From NCBI RefSeq assembly GCF_002310835.1, contig NZ_CP011041.1:2190001-2222000 (forward strand): a stretch of DNA of 32,000 nt, read 5' to 3'. Position numbers and translations under genes: made by a program. Origin of the DNA: Pseudoalteromonas tetraodonis (GTDB taxonomy: Bacteria > Pseudomonadota > Gammaproteobacteria > Enterobacterales > Alteromonadaceae). This document shows positions 7,376 to 19,553 of the stretch, piece by piece (the stretch's first letter is position 1; each line of letters begins with the position of its first letter). Under the pieces are notes generated by a model. That model ran no database searches, was not told the DNA's origin, and worked only from the letters and a program-made list of their open reading frames with translations.

Positions 7376-9864
7376 AACTCCCCTTTTTCATCTTCTGAGT
7401 CGTCTTTGTCGTCGCTGTTATCGCCATTAACAATATCAGCAATGTCTTTTAATCGCGCTAATGCGATGCCATTCACTGAATCTTCTGGGTACTGCTCATC
7501 AATCATGTCACCCGCGTCAATGTCCATTAGTAAGTTTAGCGCTTGGTCAACTGTTTCAACGGCGAAAATATTAAATTTACCCAGTTCAACCGCATTCAGT
7601 ATTTCATCATCAAGTACTAAGTTAACTTGGTTTGATTTTGGAATAATAACGCCTTGCTCGCCCGTTAAGCCACGCATTTTACATAGCTTAAAGAAGCCTT
7701 CTATTTTTTCATTTACGCCACCGATTGCCTGCACATCACCATGCTGATTAATAGAACCGGTTAGTGCAATAGATTGGCTTATTGGTAAACTGGTGATCGC
7801 CGAAATTAGCGCACAAAGTTCAGCAAGAGAGGCGCTATCACCATCTATATAGCCATAGCTTTGTTCAATGGCGATATTCGCACTGAGTGTTAAGCTAAAG
7901 TGCTGCGCGTATTTGTTACCTAAATAACCAGTAAGCAACATTACCCCTTTTGAGTGAATTGCCTTACCCAGCTCTGCTTCGCGTTCCACATCAATAACGC
8001 CATCGGCGCCCGCATAAACGGTAGCGGTAATACGTGCAGGTGTACCAAACGAAGTATCACCAATGTGCAGAACTGTTAAACCATTTACTTTACCTACGGC
8101 TTGCCCGTCGGTTGCAATTAAGGTATGCCCTTCTTTTATATCGCTGAGCATATTTTCACTAATTTGCCCCGTACGGTATTGTTTGCCTTCAATCGCTTCG
8201 TCAATATGGCGAGCATCAATCACCGTCAGCTTATCTTGCTTAGCGTAAAAACTGGCCTCAGCCACAAGCTCTAGTACATCAGCAAAACGGGCTGAGAGTT
8301 TATTATGGTGCTCAGCTTGGCGATAACTAAACTTAAGCAATCGCACCATTGCTGATTCGTTTAACGTGCACTTTAATGTTTGCTCGCAGTAATCGCTTAC
8401 TTTAGTAATAAACTGATACTGCAGCTTATCGCTGCTTGGTAAGTAATAATCAAAATCGGCAAGTACTCTAAATAACTCGGCAAATTCTTCGTCGTATTCA
8501 CCGATGGTGTAATAGAGTTCACGTGAGCCGAGTAAAATAATTTTCACATCAAGCGGTATTAACTGCGGGCGAAGCGTAAAGCTACTGCCAACTACACTGT
8601 CTTGATAAGGTAAGTCATTTTTTATTTGATGCGTTTTTAGCGACAGCTTTAGCCCATCCCACACTTGGGGTTGAGCCATTACTTTTTCAGCATCCATAAT
8701 TAAATAGCCGCCATTCGCGCGGTGCAATGCACCTGGTTGAATTGATCGATAGCTGGTAATTAACGACCCTTGCGATGTGGCATATTCAATTTTGCCAAAA
8801 ATATTACCAAAAGTGGGGTTCGGCTCGTAAACAACCGGTGCCGCATCGCCTTCTTTATATTCGACCAAAATATTAGGCGCAAAAAAGTCGGTAAGCATGC
8901 CTTTACGATCAAAGTCTTCTTTGTTTTCTTCGCTTTCACCTTCATCATCAAGCCATTCAAGGACGGCATCAATAATTTCTACACGTATATCTTTTAAATA
9001 ACGCAGTACACCAATATGGCTGGCATATTTATGTTCTAAATCTTTTAATAACGGTTTAGTGGCTTGCTCAGCAGTAGACTTTTTAAGGTTGCGGAGCTTT
9101 TCTTTCGACTCGCGTTTCCAGCGCGGTAACTCAATAAGCGCCTCAATGAGGGCATCTTCTAATTTTTCTATACGCTCAAAAAACATCTCGCGTAAGTCAT
9201 CTTCAAGATCAGAAAACTCATTATCGGTAAGTTGTTTACCATCAATCAGCGGTGCAAAGCCGACCACGCCTTTTTCTTCAATTAGTGCCACACTTTGTTC
9301 AAGTGCTGCTATTTCTACTGCGGTAATTGCGCCGTCGTAAGCATCGTTAAATTCACGATCTATCGATTTTTTCTTGCGCTGATAGGCTGGGTTATCAAAT
9401 GCAGCAGGAAAAGTGTCGAGCACTTCATCAATAAATGAGTCAATATCATCGGCTAATTGTTTGCTTTGCCCTGCATGCATAAATAACGCAATAGGCTCAC
9501 GGTGATCATCGTAGTTATTAACATATAACCATTCATGCGGTGTTGTGCGCTCTTTAGCGTGTTGTTTTAATTTGTCTTTTACTAGAGTAAAACGCCCGTG
9601 TGCCGCCTCTCCCATTACATAAACATTATAACCGGGTAGGTCCATTCCTAAAGAAAAGTCCAATGCACTTTGCGCACGTTGTTGGCCTATAAAGGTAAGT
9701 TGCTCAGGGTATGGATTACTCATGCAAGTGTTTACATGGCTCGATGAAATACTCGGTGCAAGATTTGATACGGGTAGTGGCAGCAATTTTTTCGTCATTC
9801 TAACTTCTTTTTTTACCAGCATATTCGCTAGATTTTGGACGTATTGAGTGGCTATATAAGCCAC
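7372..9864 (-). CDS. Lon-like protease family protein (AAA_32-type N-domain plus Lon_C protease domain)
   Basis: 830-aa ORF. The C-terminal Lon proteolytic domain has a Ser-Lys dyad context (IDGDSASLAEL.., GGVNEKIEGFF). The N-terminal P-loop position reads GEAAHGRFT and is degenerate. The start is uncertain: alternative ATGs lie at 9822 (M15) and 9798 (M23, MTKKLL..). Confidence 0.85.
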   Translation of the reverse strand: MAYIATQYVQNLANMLVKKEVRMTKKLLPLPVSNLAPSISSSHVNTCMSNPYPEQLTFIGQQRAQSALDFSLGMDLPGYNVYVMGEAAHGRFTLVKDKLKQHAKERTTPHEWLYVNNYDDHREPIALFMHAGQSKQLADDIDSFIDEVLDTFPAAFDNPAYQRKKKSIDREFNDAYDGAITAVEIAALEQSVALIEEKGVVGFAPLIDGKQLTDNEFSDLEDDLREMFFERIEKLEDALIEALIELPRWKRESKEKLRNLKKSTAEQATKPLLKDLEHKYASHIGVLRYLKDIRVEIIDAVLEWLDDEGESEENKEDFDRKGMLTDFFAPNILVEYKEGDAAPVVYEPNPTFGNIFGKIEYATSQGSLITSYRSIQPGALHRANGGYLIMDAEKVMAQPQVWDGLKLSLKTHQIKNDLPYQDSVVGSSFTLRPQLIPLDVKIILLGSRELYYTIGEYDEEFAELFRVLADFDYYLPSSDKLQYQFITKVSDYCEQTLKCTLNESAMVRLLKFSYRQAEHHNKLSARFADVLELVAEASFYAKQDKLTVIDARHIDEAIEGKQYRTGQISENMLSDIKEGHTLIATDGQAVGKVNGLTVLHIGDTSFGTPARITATVYAGADGVIDVEREAELGKAIHSKGVMLLTGYLGNKYAQHFSLTLSANIAIEQSYGYIDGDSASLAELCALISAITSLPISQSIALTGSINQHGDVQAIGGVNEKIEGFFKLCKMRGLTGEQGVIIPKSNQVNLVLDDEILNAVELGKFNIFAVETVDQALNLLMDIDAGDMIDEQYPEDSVNGIALARLKDIADIVNGDNSDDKDDSEDEKGEL

Positions 9865-9877
9865 TCAATATTCATAT

Positions 9878-10336
9878 TTAAGGTTGTAAAGCCTGGCGGC
9901 TAAAATAGATGCTATCACACTGTGTACACGGAATAATTTGCGTTGCATGATAAACATCGTAACTATGGTTGCAATTCTTACATACTAATGTGCCCATGGC
10001 TATCCATTCACCTGCGTGATAAACACCATTATGCTTAAAATCTTCACTTAATGACTGCCATTCAAGCTGTGTTTTGTCTTCAATATGAGAAAGCTCAAAC
10101 CACAATGACTCTTTAAGCTCCTGCCATGCAAGCGAATTATAGTAGTTGTTATTTTCTTGTAGATGAGAAATGTCACGCATTAGGTAATTTCGATAAAGAT
10201 AATATTTTTCTTCACCTAAATCTTTAAGTGCCTGCTCGGATTCAATAAATCGCTTTACTGCTGCTTTAACTTCATGCTCTTTTACATCTTTTAACCAATC
10301 GGTTAAATCGCTTAGCCATGCTCTGTAATCTGCCAT
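9878..10336 (-). CDS. Zinc-ribbon-containing protein (DUF1451-like)
   Basis: 152 aa. A helical N-terminal part is followed by a C-terminal CxxC..x17..CxxC motif (CKNCNHSYDVYHATQIIPCTQCDS). It ends 13 nt upstream of the Lon-like ORF and is probably co-transcribed. Confidence 0.7.
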   Translation of the reverse strand: MADYRAWLSDLTDWLKDVKEHEVKAAVKRFIESEQALKDLGEEKYYLYRNYLMRDISHLQENNNYYNSLAWQELKESLWFELSHIEDKTQLEWQSLSEDFKHNGVYHAGEWIAMGTLVCKNCNHSYDVYHATQIIPCTQCDSIYFSRQALQP

Positions 10337-10422
10337 TTTTTACTCCTTCAAAATTGTGAGGGGACTGATATTTATACGGCGCTATTAGCTGTTGATAAAA
10401 ACAACACCATACAGGCTTTGTT

Positions 10423-10690
10423 TAGGGTCTGTTGACCTTTTAAGGTTAAATTTGCAGCAGTCTGTTTGGTATTTAGGCAAGGCAGAGCCTATGTGGTGTG
10501 GTTATTCCCCATAAATAGGCGATAACGCAGCATCAATGCCAAACAGGCGCTGCCCGAAGGGTTCTGCCTAGGGGTGATTTACTCTTTGTTGCTCGGTTTT
10601 TACTTAGCCCACTAGGTTACAAACCTCGCGTCGCGATTAAATCGCCCCTAGTTTGAACAAATTGTAATCCACAAAGATCAACAGACCCTA
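10423..10690. repeat. Roughly 268-bp nested-palindromic MITE-like element or structured RNA locus
   Basis: The terminal inverted repeats are TAGGGTCTGTTGACCTTT (10423-10440) and AAAGATCAACAGACCCTA (10673-10690), matching 17 of 18. Two internal inverted pairs are also present. One is GCAGCAGTCTGTTTGGTATT (10454-10473) with AATGCCAAACAGGCGCTGC (10535-10553). The other is CTAGGGGTGATTTA (10568-10581) with TAAATCGCCCCTAG (10638-10651). There is no ORF of 60 aa or more. Confidence 0.45.
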
Positions 10691-10910
10691 GCTTAAACCT
10701 CAAATACTTGCGTGTAAACTCAACTAAAAAGATTAACAAACGCTAAGTTAAAACTGACTCCTAACATAGATAAGTATAGGTTAACCTGCACTGAAAACTA
10801 ATTTAGCGGCAAATTTGTAAAAAGCGCCGCTTTGGCGCTGTGAATAACGCTTTATTTGGGGTATCCTATCGACAATTTTTTATTAGTATGCAAGAAGTTT
10901 GGAAACGTAA

Positions 10911-13499
<2,589 letters not shown>

Positions 13500-13500
13500 T

Positions 13501-13992
13501 ATGGCTACTTTAAATGCCATTAAAAACGGACTAGCCTTAGTGCTAGTCTGTTTTTTGTTATCGAGCTGTGGCTTTCATCTTAAAAAAGCATCAAGCCTAC
13601 CCGATGATTTAAAACAGCTAACGCTTGTGGGGGATGATCAAAAATCTGCTTTATTTAGCTATTTGCAAAGCGAACTGGCTATGAGCGATGTCACTTTAGT
13701 GCCTGCAAGTAAACAATCAGCGCAGCTTTATTTATTTAAAGAACAACTAGAGCGTCAAACCTTATCGTTGTTCCAAAACGGACAAGTAGCTGAGTACGAA
13801 CTGGCATACAGCGTAAGTTATGTAGTAAAACGCCCGAAACAAAAAGCCATCGAAAAACGCTTTGAGTTATACCGTAACTACCAAGACGATCCAGATAACG
13901 CACTAGCAAAAGCAAAAGAGCTTGAGCTGCTAATTAGCGAAATTCGCCAACAAGCGAGTCGTCGTATTGTTAGAGAGTTGTCACAACTATAA
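13501..13992 (+). CDS. lptE: LPS-assembly lipoprotein LptE (RlpB)
   Basis: 163 aa with lipobox LLSSC-G. It lies immediately after leuS (1-nt gap) and before holA, as in E. coli. Confidence 0.85.
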   Translation: MATLNAIKNGLALVLVCFLLSSCGFHLKKASSLPDDLKQLTLVGDDQKSALFSYLQSELAMSDVTLVPASKQSAQLYLFKEQLERQTLSLFQNGQVAEYELAYSVSYVVKRPKQKAIEKRFELYRNYQDDPDNALAKAKELELLISEIRQQASRRIVRELSQL

Positions 13993-15032
13993 TGCGTTGT
14001 TATGCAAATCAGCTACCGAGTGAATTAAAAAAAGGCTTAAAACCTTTTTATTTGGTTTTTGGCGAAGAGCCTTTTCAAGAAGCGCAATGTGTACAGCTCA
14101 TTCGCGACACGGCAAAGGCACAAGGATTTGATGAAGTAATTAAATTCACTTTAGCTCAGGGCTTTGATTGGCAAGAAATAATCGCGCAATACCAAAGTAT
14201 GTCGTTGTTTAGCGCGCGCACTATTATTGAGCTTGATTTAAACCAGCAAAAACCGGGGACACCCGGCGCAAACACCTTTAAAAAAATAGTAGAGCTTGAA
14301 AACCCTGATACGATCTTAATCGTAAAAGGCGCTAAGGCCAGTCAAGATGTTCAGCGCGGCGCGTGGTTTAAAGCACTTGATAAGCATGGGTTATTTGTCC
14401 CCTGCTACCCACTTAGCGGAAATCACTTAAAGCGTTGGCTTGATGAGCAGTGCCAACGCTTGTCACTAAATATTCAAAACGAGGCCAAACTCAGTTTAAT
14501 TAATGCCACTGAAGGCAACTTACTTGCATGTTACCAAGAGCTTGAAAAACTAGCATTAATACACGGTGACGCTCTGATCACGCAACAGCTGGTGATGCAA
14601 GGACTACTAAACCAAGCTAAGTTTGATATTTTTGATTTAAGTGATGCGCTTTTAAACGGCCACACCGCTCAGGCTATAAAAGTACTTAACAAACTTGCCA
14701 GTGATAACACTGAGGTTGTGAGTATCTTATGGGCCATCAATAAAGACCTTAATACATTATTGAGTGTGCAGCAGGGATTATTGCAAGGTGAGTCATTAGC
14801 AACCTTATTTAAACAAAAAGCGATTTGGAAAAATCAACAAGCGCCAGTACAAACAGCCATTAACAGGCTAAACATTCATACCCTAGAGAATATTAGCAGT
14901 GAACTGGCATTGTTTGATGCAAGTTACAAGCAAGGCGCATTGATTGCCCCTTACCAAGCATTGGCGCATATTTGCATTAAGTTCTGCCAACCGCTCGATA
15001 TTCCACTTCCCTGCCATAGTAACCGTCAGTAA
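13992..15032 (+). CDS. holA: DNA polymerase III subunit delta
   Basis: 346 aa. The N-terminus (..QLPSELKKGLKPFYLVFGEEPF) is typical of HolA. Its ATG shares one nt with the lptE stop (TAATG), and synteny supports the call. Confidence 0.88.
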   Translation: MRCYANQLPSELKKGLKPFYLVFGEEPFQEAQCVQLIRDTAKAQGFDEVIKFTLAQGFDWQEIIAQYQSMSLFSARTIIELDLNQQKPGTPGANTFKKIVELENPDTILIVKGAKASQDVQRGAWFKALDKHGLFVPCYPLSGNHLKRWLDEQCQRLSLNIQNEAKLSLINATEGNLLACYQELEKLALIHGDALITQQLVMQGLLNQAKFDIFDLSDALLNGHTAQAIKVLNKLASDNTEVVSILWAINKDLNTLLSVQQGLLQGESLATLFKQKAIWKNQQAPVQTAINRLNIHTLENISSELALFDASYKQGALIAPYQALAHICIKFCQPLDIPLPCHSNRQ

Positions 15033-15042
15033 AGGGAAATAC

Positions 15043-15672
15043 ATGATTGCAATTTTTGGTGGTACTTTTGATCCCGTTCATTTGGGACACCTTAATATGG
15101 CGCAGCAATGCGTTGCGACCTTTAAATTACACTCACTCTATTTTATGCCCTGTGCAATACCCGCACACAAAGCGGCACCGGGGATCAGCACCGAGCATCG
15201 TATAGCAATGCTTAAAGCCGCAATTACACCTTATGCGCCGTTCAAACTTGATTTACGAGAACTGCAACGCAGCGGCCCGTCGTATTCTTTATTAAGTTTG
15301 CAAGAGCTAAGAGCAGAAAACCCCGATACCCCTATTTTATTTTTAATTGGCATGGACTCATTCAACAATTTCGATAAATGGTATCAATGGCAAACAATAA
15401 CTCGCCTTTGTCATCTGGTGGTGTATCAACGCCCTGGCCAAATTTGTGATACACAGGGTGAACTTAAATGCTATCAACATAACGCTGTTACCACTGATAT
15501 TGCCTTGCTGCAAAAAACAAATGCCGGACACCTTTACTTTTTAGAGGGGGAACAGCTGGATGCCGCATCCAGCGAGATCCGTCAAGCCCTTAAAAAAAGT
15601 ACTAAAAAGAGTGAACTATTACCCGACGCCGTGAGTCACTATATTAAGCAGCACCAGCTTTATCAAGAGTGA
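15043..15672 (+). CDS. nadD: Nicotinate-nucleotide adenylyltransferase
   Basis: MIAIFGGTFDPVHLGH is the (H/T)xGH nucleotidyltransferase motif at the true N-terminus. ATG at 15043 is preceded by AAGGGA and follows the holA stop at 15032. The ORF-track start at 14944 lies inside holA. Confidence 0.9.
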   Translation: MIAIFGGTFDPVHLGHLNMAQQCVATFKLHSLYFMPCAIPAHKAAPGISTEHRIAMLKAAITPYAPFKLDLRELQRSGPSYSLLSLQELRAENPDTPILFLIGMDSFNNFDKWYQWQTITRLCHLVVYQRPGQICDTQGELKCYQHNAVTTDIALLQKTNAGHLYFLEGEQLDAASSEIRQALKKSTKKSELLPDAVSHYIKQHQLYQE

Positions 15673-15734
15673 TTGGTATAAACCCCTCAGCGTGTTAAAA
15701 TAACCGCTATTAAATTTTAAATTGAGACAAAACC

Positions 15735-16052
15735 TTGGATTCGAAACAACTACTCGCTTTTGCACTAGACAAAATTGACGATATGAAAGCACGTGATGTG
15801 ATTCAACTTGACGTAACTGGCAGCTCAGACGTAACCGATTACATGATTGTATGTTCAGGCACATCAAGACGTCATGTATTGTCAATTGCTGATAACTTAG
15901 CAAAAGAAGCTCGCCACGCTGGTGAAGAGCCATTAGGGTATGAAGGCCAAAGCGATGGTGAATGGGCACTCGTTGATTTAGGTGATGTGATTGTTCACGT
16001 TATGCAAGATCAAGCACGTAGCTATTACGATCTAGAAAAGCTTTGGGGCTAA
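15735..16052 (+). CDS. rsfS: Ribosomal silencing factor RsfS (YbeB)
   Basis: 105 aa with a TTG start. The D(Y/F)MIV.SG.S.RH and DLGD(V/I)(I/V)VH(V/I)M motifs are typical of RsfS/IojAP. Synteny nadD-rsfS-rlmH supports the call. Confidence 0.9.
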   Translation: MDSKQLLAFALDKIDDMKARDVIQLDVTGSSDVTDYMIVCSGTSRRHVLSIADNLAKEARHAGEEPLGYEGQSDGEWALVDLGDVIVHVMQDQARSYYDLEKLWG

Positions 16053-16089
16053 TTGCTCCCTATTTTAGACAACGCTTGGAAGTAACGTC

Positions 16090-16560
16090 GTGAAAATACA
16101 AATGATTGCTGTTGGTACAAAAATGCCAGCATGGGTAGAGACAGGTTTTGCAGAGTATCAACGCCGCTTTCCCAAAGATATGGCATTGGAACTCATTGAG
16201 ATCCCTGCTGGTAAACGCGGAAAAAATGCCGATATAAAGCGTATTTTGCACATTGAAGGTGAAAAAACCTTAGCCGCCATACCTAAAGGCAATCGTATTG
16301 TCACACTAGAAGTAACCGGTAAAGCACTGGATACTCATCAACTAGCGAAAAACATGGAAAAGTGGCAACTAGATGGTCGCGATGTCAGTTTATTAATTGG
16401 CGGACCTGAAGGCTTAGCCCCAGAGTGTATTGCTGCCTCTGAGCAAAAATGGTCGTTATCAAATTTAACGCTCCCACACCCTTTAGTACGCATTATTGTT
16501 GCTGAAAGCCTCTACAGAGGCTGGAGCTTAAATAACAACCATCCTTATCATCGCGAGTAG
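16090..16560 (+). CDS. rlmH: 23S rRNA (pseudouridine1915-N3)-methyltransferase RlmH
   Basis: 156 aa with a GTG start. It has SPOUT-family motifs (LLIGGPEGL.., HPLVR..L.E.LYR), and its size and synteny match E. coli RlmH. Confidence 0.92.
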   Translation: MKIQMIAVGTKMPAWVETGFAEYQRRFPKDMALELIEIPAGKRGKNADIKRILHIEGEKTLAAIPKGNRIVTLEVTGKALDTHQLAKNMEKWQLDGRDVSLLIGGPEGLAPECIAASEQKWSLSNLTLPHPLVRIIVAESLYRGWSLNNNHPYHRE

Positions 16561-16569
16561 TTTCTTGCC

Positions 16570-18450
16570 ATGCTAAAACGAAGACCCACCATTCGCGACC
16601 ACTCAGCAGAAGCTAATTTATTTGCTCGGCGTGCATTCGTGGGTTTTATTTTTATATTAGTCCTTGTAGCAATATTGCTGTCTAACTTGTATAAAATCCA
16701 GGTTGATGATCATCAAGATTATCAAACTCGTTCTAATGATAACCGTATAAAAGTTATACCTATAGCCCCCAATCGCGGTTTAATTTACGACCGCAATGGT
16801 GTTTTACTAGCCGAAAATAAGCCCGTTTATAACCTTGAGGTGATCCCCGAAGAAGTTGATGATTTAACCGCCTCTTTGAAGTCTATCAGCAAAATCATTG
16901 AAATAACCGAGCAGCAACAAGCTGATTTTCTTGATGATATAAAACATACTCGACGTTTTAAAAGTCAAGTCCTCAAAGCCCGTTTAAATGAAAACGAAGT
17001 AGCGATGTTTTCAGTAAACCAACATAAGTTCCCAGGCTTTAGTATTGAGGCACGCCTAGCGAGATATTACCCCTTTGGCGATACTTTAACCCATGCATTA
17101 GGCTATGTCGCAAAGCTCAATAGAAAAGAATTAAACAAGCTTGAACAACAAGATGAAGCCACAAACTACCGAGCCACGCATGATATTGGTAAACTGGGTA
17201 TCGAAAAATACTACGAGCCGTTATTACATGGCCAAGTTGGCTCACAACGAGTTGAAGTTAATAACCGCGGCCGAATTATCCGCACTTTAAGTATGGATCC
17301 ACCGCAAGCGGGTGACGACTTAGTACTTACTCTCGACATTGGTTTACAACAAATAGCCCAACATGCACTTAAAGATATGCGCGGCGCTATTGTGGTAATG
17401 GATGCAAAAGATGGCGGCGTTTTAGCGCTGTATTCAAACCCAAGTTATGATCCCAATTTATTTGTGCACGGTATTAGCAGTAAAGACTACAAAGCCTTAC
17501 TCAACCCTGATCGTCCACTGATCAATCGCACGACTCAAGGTCGCTACGCACCAGCATCGACTGTTAAACCACACATGGCTATTTTGGCATTAGAAGAAAA
17601 TATAGTGCAAGAAACCACCAGTATGTGGGATCCGGGCTTTTTTCAAATTCCCAACGTAGAGCATAGATGGCGTGATTGGCGACGTTGGGGCCATGGCCAT
17701 GTGGATGTTTATAAAGCAATAGAAGAGTCATGCGATACCTACTTTTATGACGCAGCCTATCGAATGGGGATCACAAAAATAAGTAACTTTATGGCTCGCT
17801 TTGGCTTTGGTGAATTATCCGGTATTGATATTCATGAAGAAACAACCGCTATTTTACCCTCAAAAGAGTGGAAAGAAGCCCGTTTTAAAGAGTCTTGGTG
17901 GCCTGGAGATACTATTTCTGTAGGAATTGGCCAAGGTTATTGGACTGCCACCCCCATTCAAATAGCGAATGCCACTAATATTTTAGTTAACAGAGGGATA
18001 AATCACCCTCCTCATTTAGTGCAAGTTGCTAAAAAAGAAGATCAAATTACTCAGCTCAATAATGAAGAAAAACCGCCGGTTGTACTCAATAACGAAGATA
18101 ACTGGCGCATCGCGATTGATGCCATGCATAACACCGTTAAAAAAACTACCGGAACTGCCCATCGTGCATTTAAAGGGGCTACTTATGACCCTGCAGGTAA
18201 AACCGGTACTGCCCAAGTGGTGAGTATTGCTCAGGGCGAGCGTTACGACGCCGATGCACTCAAAGAGCGCCAACGCGACAACGCCATTTATATAGGTTTT
18301 GCACCGTTTAATAACCCACAAATTGTTGTCTCTATTGTGGTAGAAAATACCGGTGGGGGAAGCTCAGTAGGTGCGCCCATTGCGCGCCAATTAATGGATT
18401 ACTATTTTGCAGCTAACCCAATCCAATCTTCAGGGGACAAAGCACCATGA
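16570..18450 (+). CDS. mrdA: Peptidoglycan D,D-transpeptidase MrdA (PBP2)
   Basis: 626 aa. An N-terminal TM anchor is followed by the transpeptidase motifs STVK (..APASTVKP), SCD (EESCDTYF) and KTGT (AGKTGTAQ). Confidence 0.95.
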   Translation: MLKRRPTIRDHSAEANLFARRAFVGFIFILVLVAILLSNLYKIQVDDHQDYQTRSNDNRIKVIPIAPNRGLIYDRNGVLLAENKPVYNLEVIPEEVDDLTASLKSISKIIEITEQQQADFLDDIKHTRRFKSQVLKARLNENEVAMFSVNQHKFPGFSIEARLARYYPFGDTLTHALGYVAKLNRKELNKLEQQDEATNYRATHDIGKLGIEKYYEPLLHGQVGSQRVEVNNRGRIIRTLSMDPPQAGDDLVLTLDIGLQQIAQHALKDMRGAIVVMDAKDGGVLALYSNPSYDPNLFVHGISSKDYKALLNPDRPLINRTTQGRYAPASTVKPHMAILALEENIVQETTSMWDPGFFQIPNVEHRWRDWRRWGHGHVDVYKAIEESCDTYFYDAAYRMGITKISNFMARFGFGELSGIDIHEETTAILPSKEWKEARFKESWWPGDTISVGIGQGYWTATPIQIANATNILVNRGINHPPHLVQVAKKEDQITQLNNEEKPPVVLNNEDNWRIAIDAMHNTVKKTTGTAHRAFKGATYDPAGKTGTAQVVSIAQGERYDADALKERQRDNAIYIGFAPFNNPQIVVSIVVENTGGGSSVGAPIARQLMDYYFAANPIQSSGDKAP

Positions 18451-19553
18451 CAGCTTTACATGATAAGCGCTCTATTTGGCTGCGACTGCATATTGATTTG
18501 CCACTTTTTATTGCGTTATTGTTGATGATGGCCGGTAGTATCACTATTGTATACAGCGCCTCAGGGCAAGACTCTGCCATGATGGTTCGCCATATTACGC
18601 GAATGGCTGGCGCCATTATAGGTATGTTTGTACTTGCTCAAATTCCACCAGCGACTTTAAAACGTTTAGTTATTCCCATGTATTGCCTAGGATTACTCAT
18701 GCTGGTTGGGGTACTGCTATTTGGTGTAAGTTCTAAGGGAGCTCAACGCTGGTTAGATTTAGGCATTACTCGCTTTCAACCCTCAGAGCTAATGAAACTA
18801 GCGGTTCCGATGATGGTTGCTTGGTATATTGGCCGCCACCATTTGCCGCCGCGTCCGTTACATTTAGTCATTGGCTTTGCCATTGTTATGCTGCCTACCC
18901 TACTAATTAAAGAACAACCTGATTTGGGCACCTCAATTTTGATTGCCAGTTCCGGTGTATTTGTATTGTTTTTATCAGGCTTGAGCTGGCGTTTAATCGG
19001 CTTTTTAAGCTCGGTTGTTGCTTTGGCAGCATGGCCATTTTGGCACTACGGTATGCACGATTATCAAAAGCAAAGGGTACTGACCTTTTTAGACCCTGAG
19101 AGCGATCCGCTGGGTTCTGGCTATCATATTATTCAATCAAAAATTGCCATTGGTTCAGGCGGTATCGAAGGTAAAGGCTGGCTGCAAGGCACGCAATCGC
19201 AACTAGAATTTTTACCTGAGCGACATACTGACTTTATTTTTTCAGTACTGAGTGAAGAGTTTGGCTTATTTGGTGTGTGTGTTTTACTTAGTTTATATTT
19301 ATTTATTATTGGCCGTGGGCTTTATATTGCGGTTAACGCACAAGATGCGTTTGGTAAACTATTAGCCGGCTCACTCACACTTACATTTTTTGTTTATATT
19401 TTTGTAAATATTGGCATGGTATCGGGTTTGCTGCCTGTTGTAGGTGTACCGTTACCATTAATTAGTTATGGCGGTACCTCAATGGTGACCCTGATGGCTG
19501 CATTTGGCATTATTATGTCGATTGCCACAGATAAAAGGATGCTCTTAAAATAA
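18447..19553 (+). CDS. mrdB: Peptidoglycan glycosyltransferase RodA (MrdB), SEDS family
   Basis: 368 aa, polytopic, with SEDS motifs (QPSE(L/F)MK, TDFIF, PLP(L/F)ISYGG(T/S)S). It overlaps mrdA by 4 nt (ATGA). Confidence 0.95.
   Translation: MTALHDKRSIWLRLHIDLPLFIALLLMMAGSITIVYSASGQDSAMMVRHITRMAGAIIGMFVLAQIPPATLKRLVIPMYCLGLLMLVGVLLFGVSSKGAQRWLDLGITRFQPSELMKLAVPMMVAWYIGRHHLPPRPLHLVIGFAIVMLPTLLIKEQPDLGTSILIASSGVFVLFLSGLSWRLIGFLSSVVALAAWPFWHYGMHDYQKQRVLTFLDPESDPLGSGYHIIQSKIAIGSGGIEGKGWLQGTQSQLEFLPERHTDFIFSVLSEEFGLFGVCVLLSLYLFIIGRGLYIAVNAQDAFGKLLAGSLTLTFFVYIFVNIGMVSGLLPVVGVPLPLISYGGTSMVTLMAAFGIIMSIATDKRMLLK

Noticed and set aside
7372-9864. The Lon-like protease might be BrxL of a BREX defence system.
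   Set aside because: No other BREX components (methyltransferase PglX, BrxC ATPase, BrxA/B, PglZ) are nearby. The neighbours are an FKBP isomerase and a Zn-ribbon protein, and the gene sits between core blocks.
10700-10910. A possible leader, attenuator or T-box upstream of leuS, including the small hairpin AGCGCC..GGCGCT at 10823-10839.
   Set aside because: There is no specifier-loop/T-box architecture, no leucine-rich leader peptide and no U-tract after the hairpin. The support is insufficient.
14944-15042. A long N-terminal extension of nadD is suggested by the ORF track (start 14944).
   Set aside because: The extension lies inside holA and has no similarity to NadD. The conserved N-terminus MIAIFGGTFDPVHLGH starts at ATG 15043, which has a Shine-Dalgarno-like AAGGGA.
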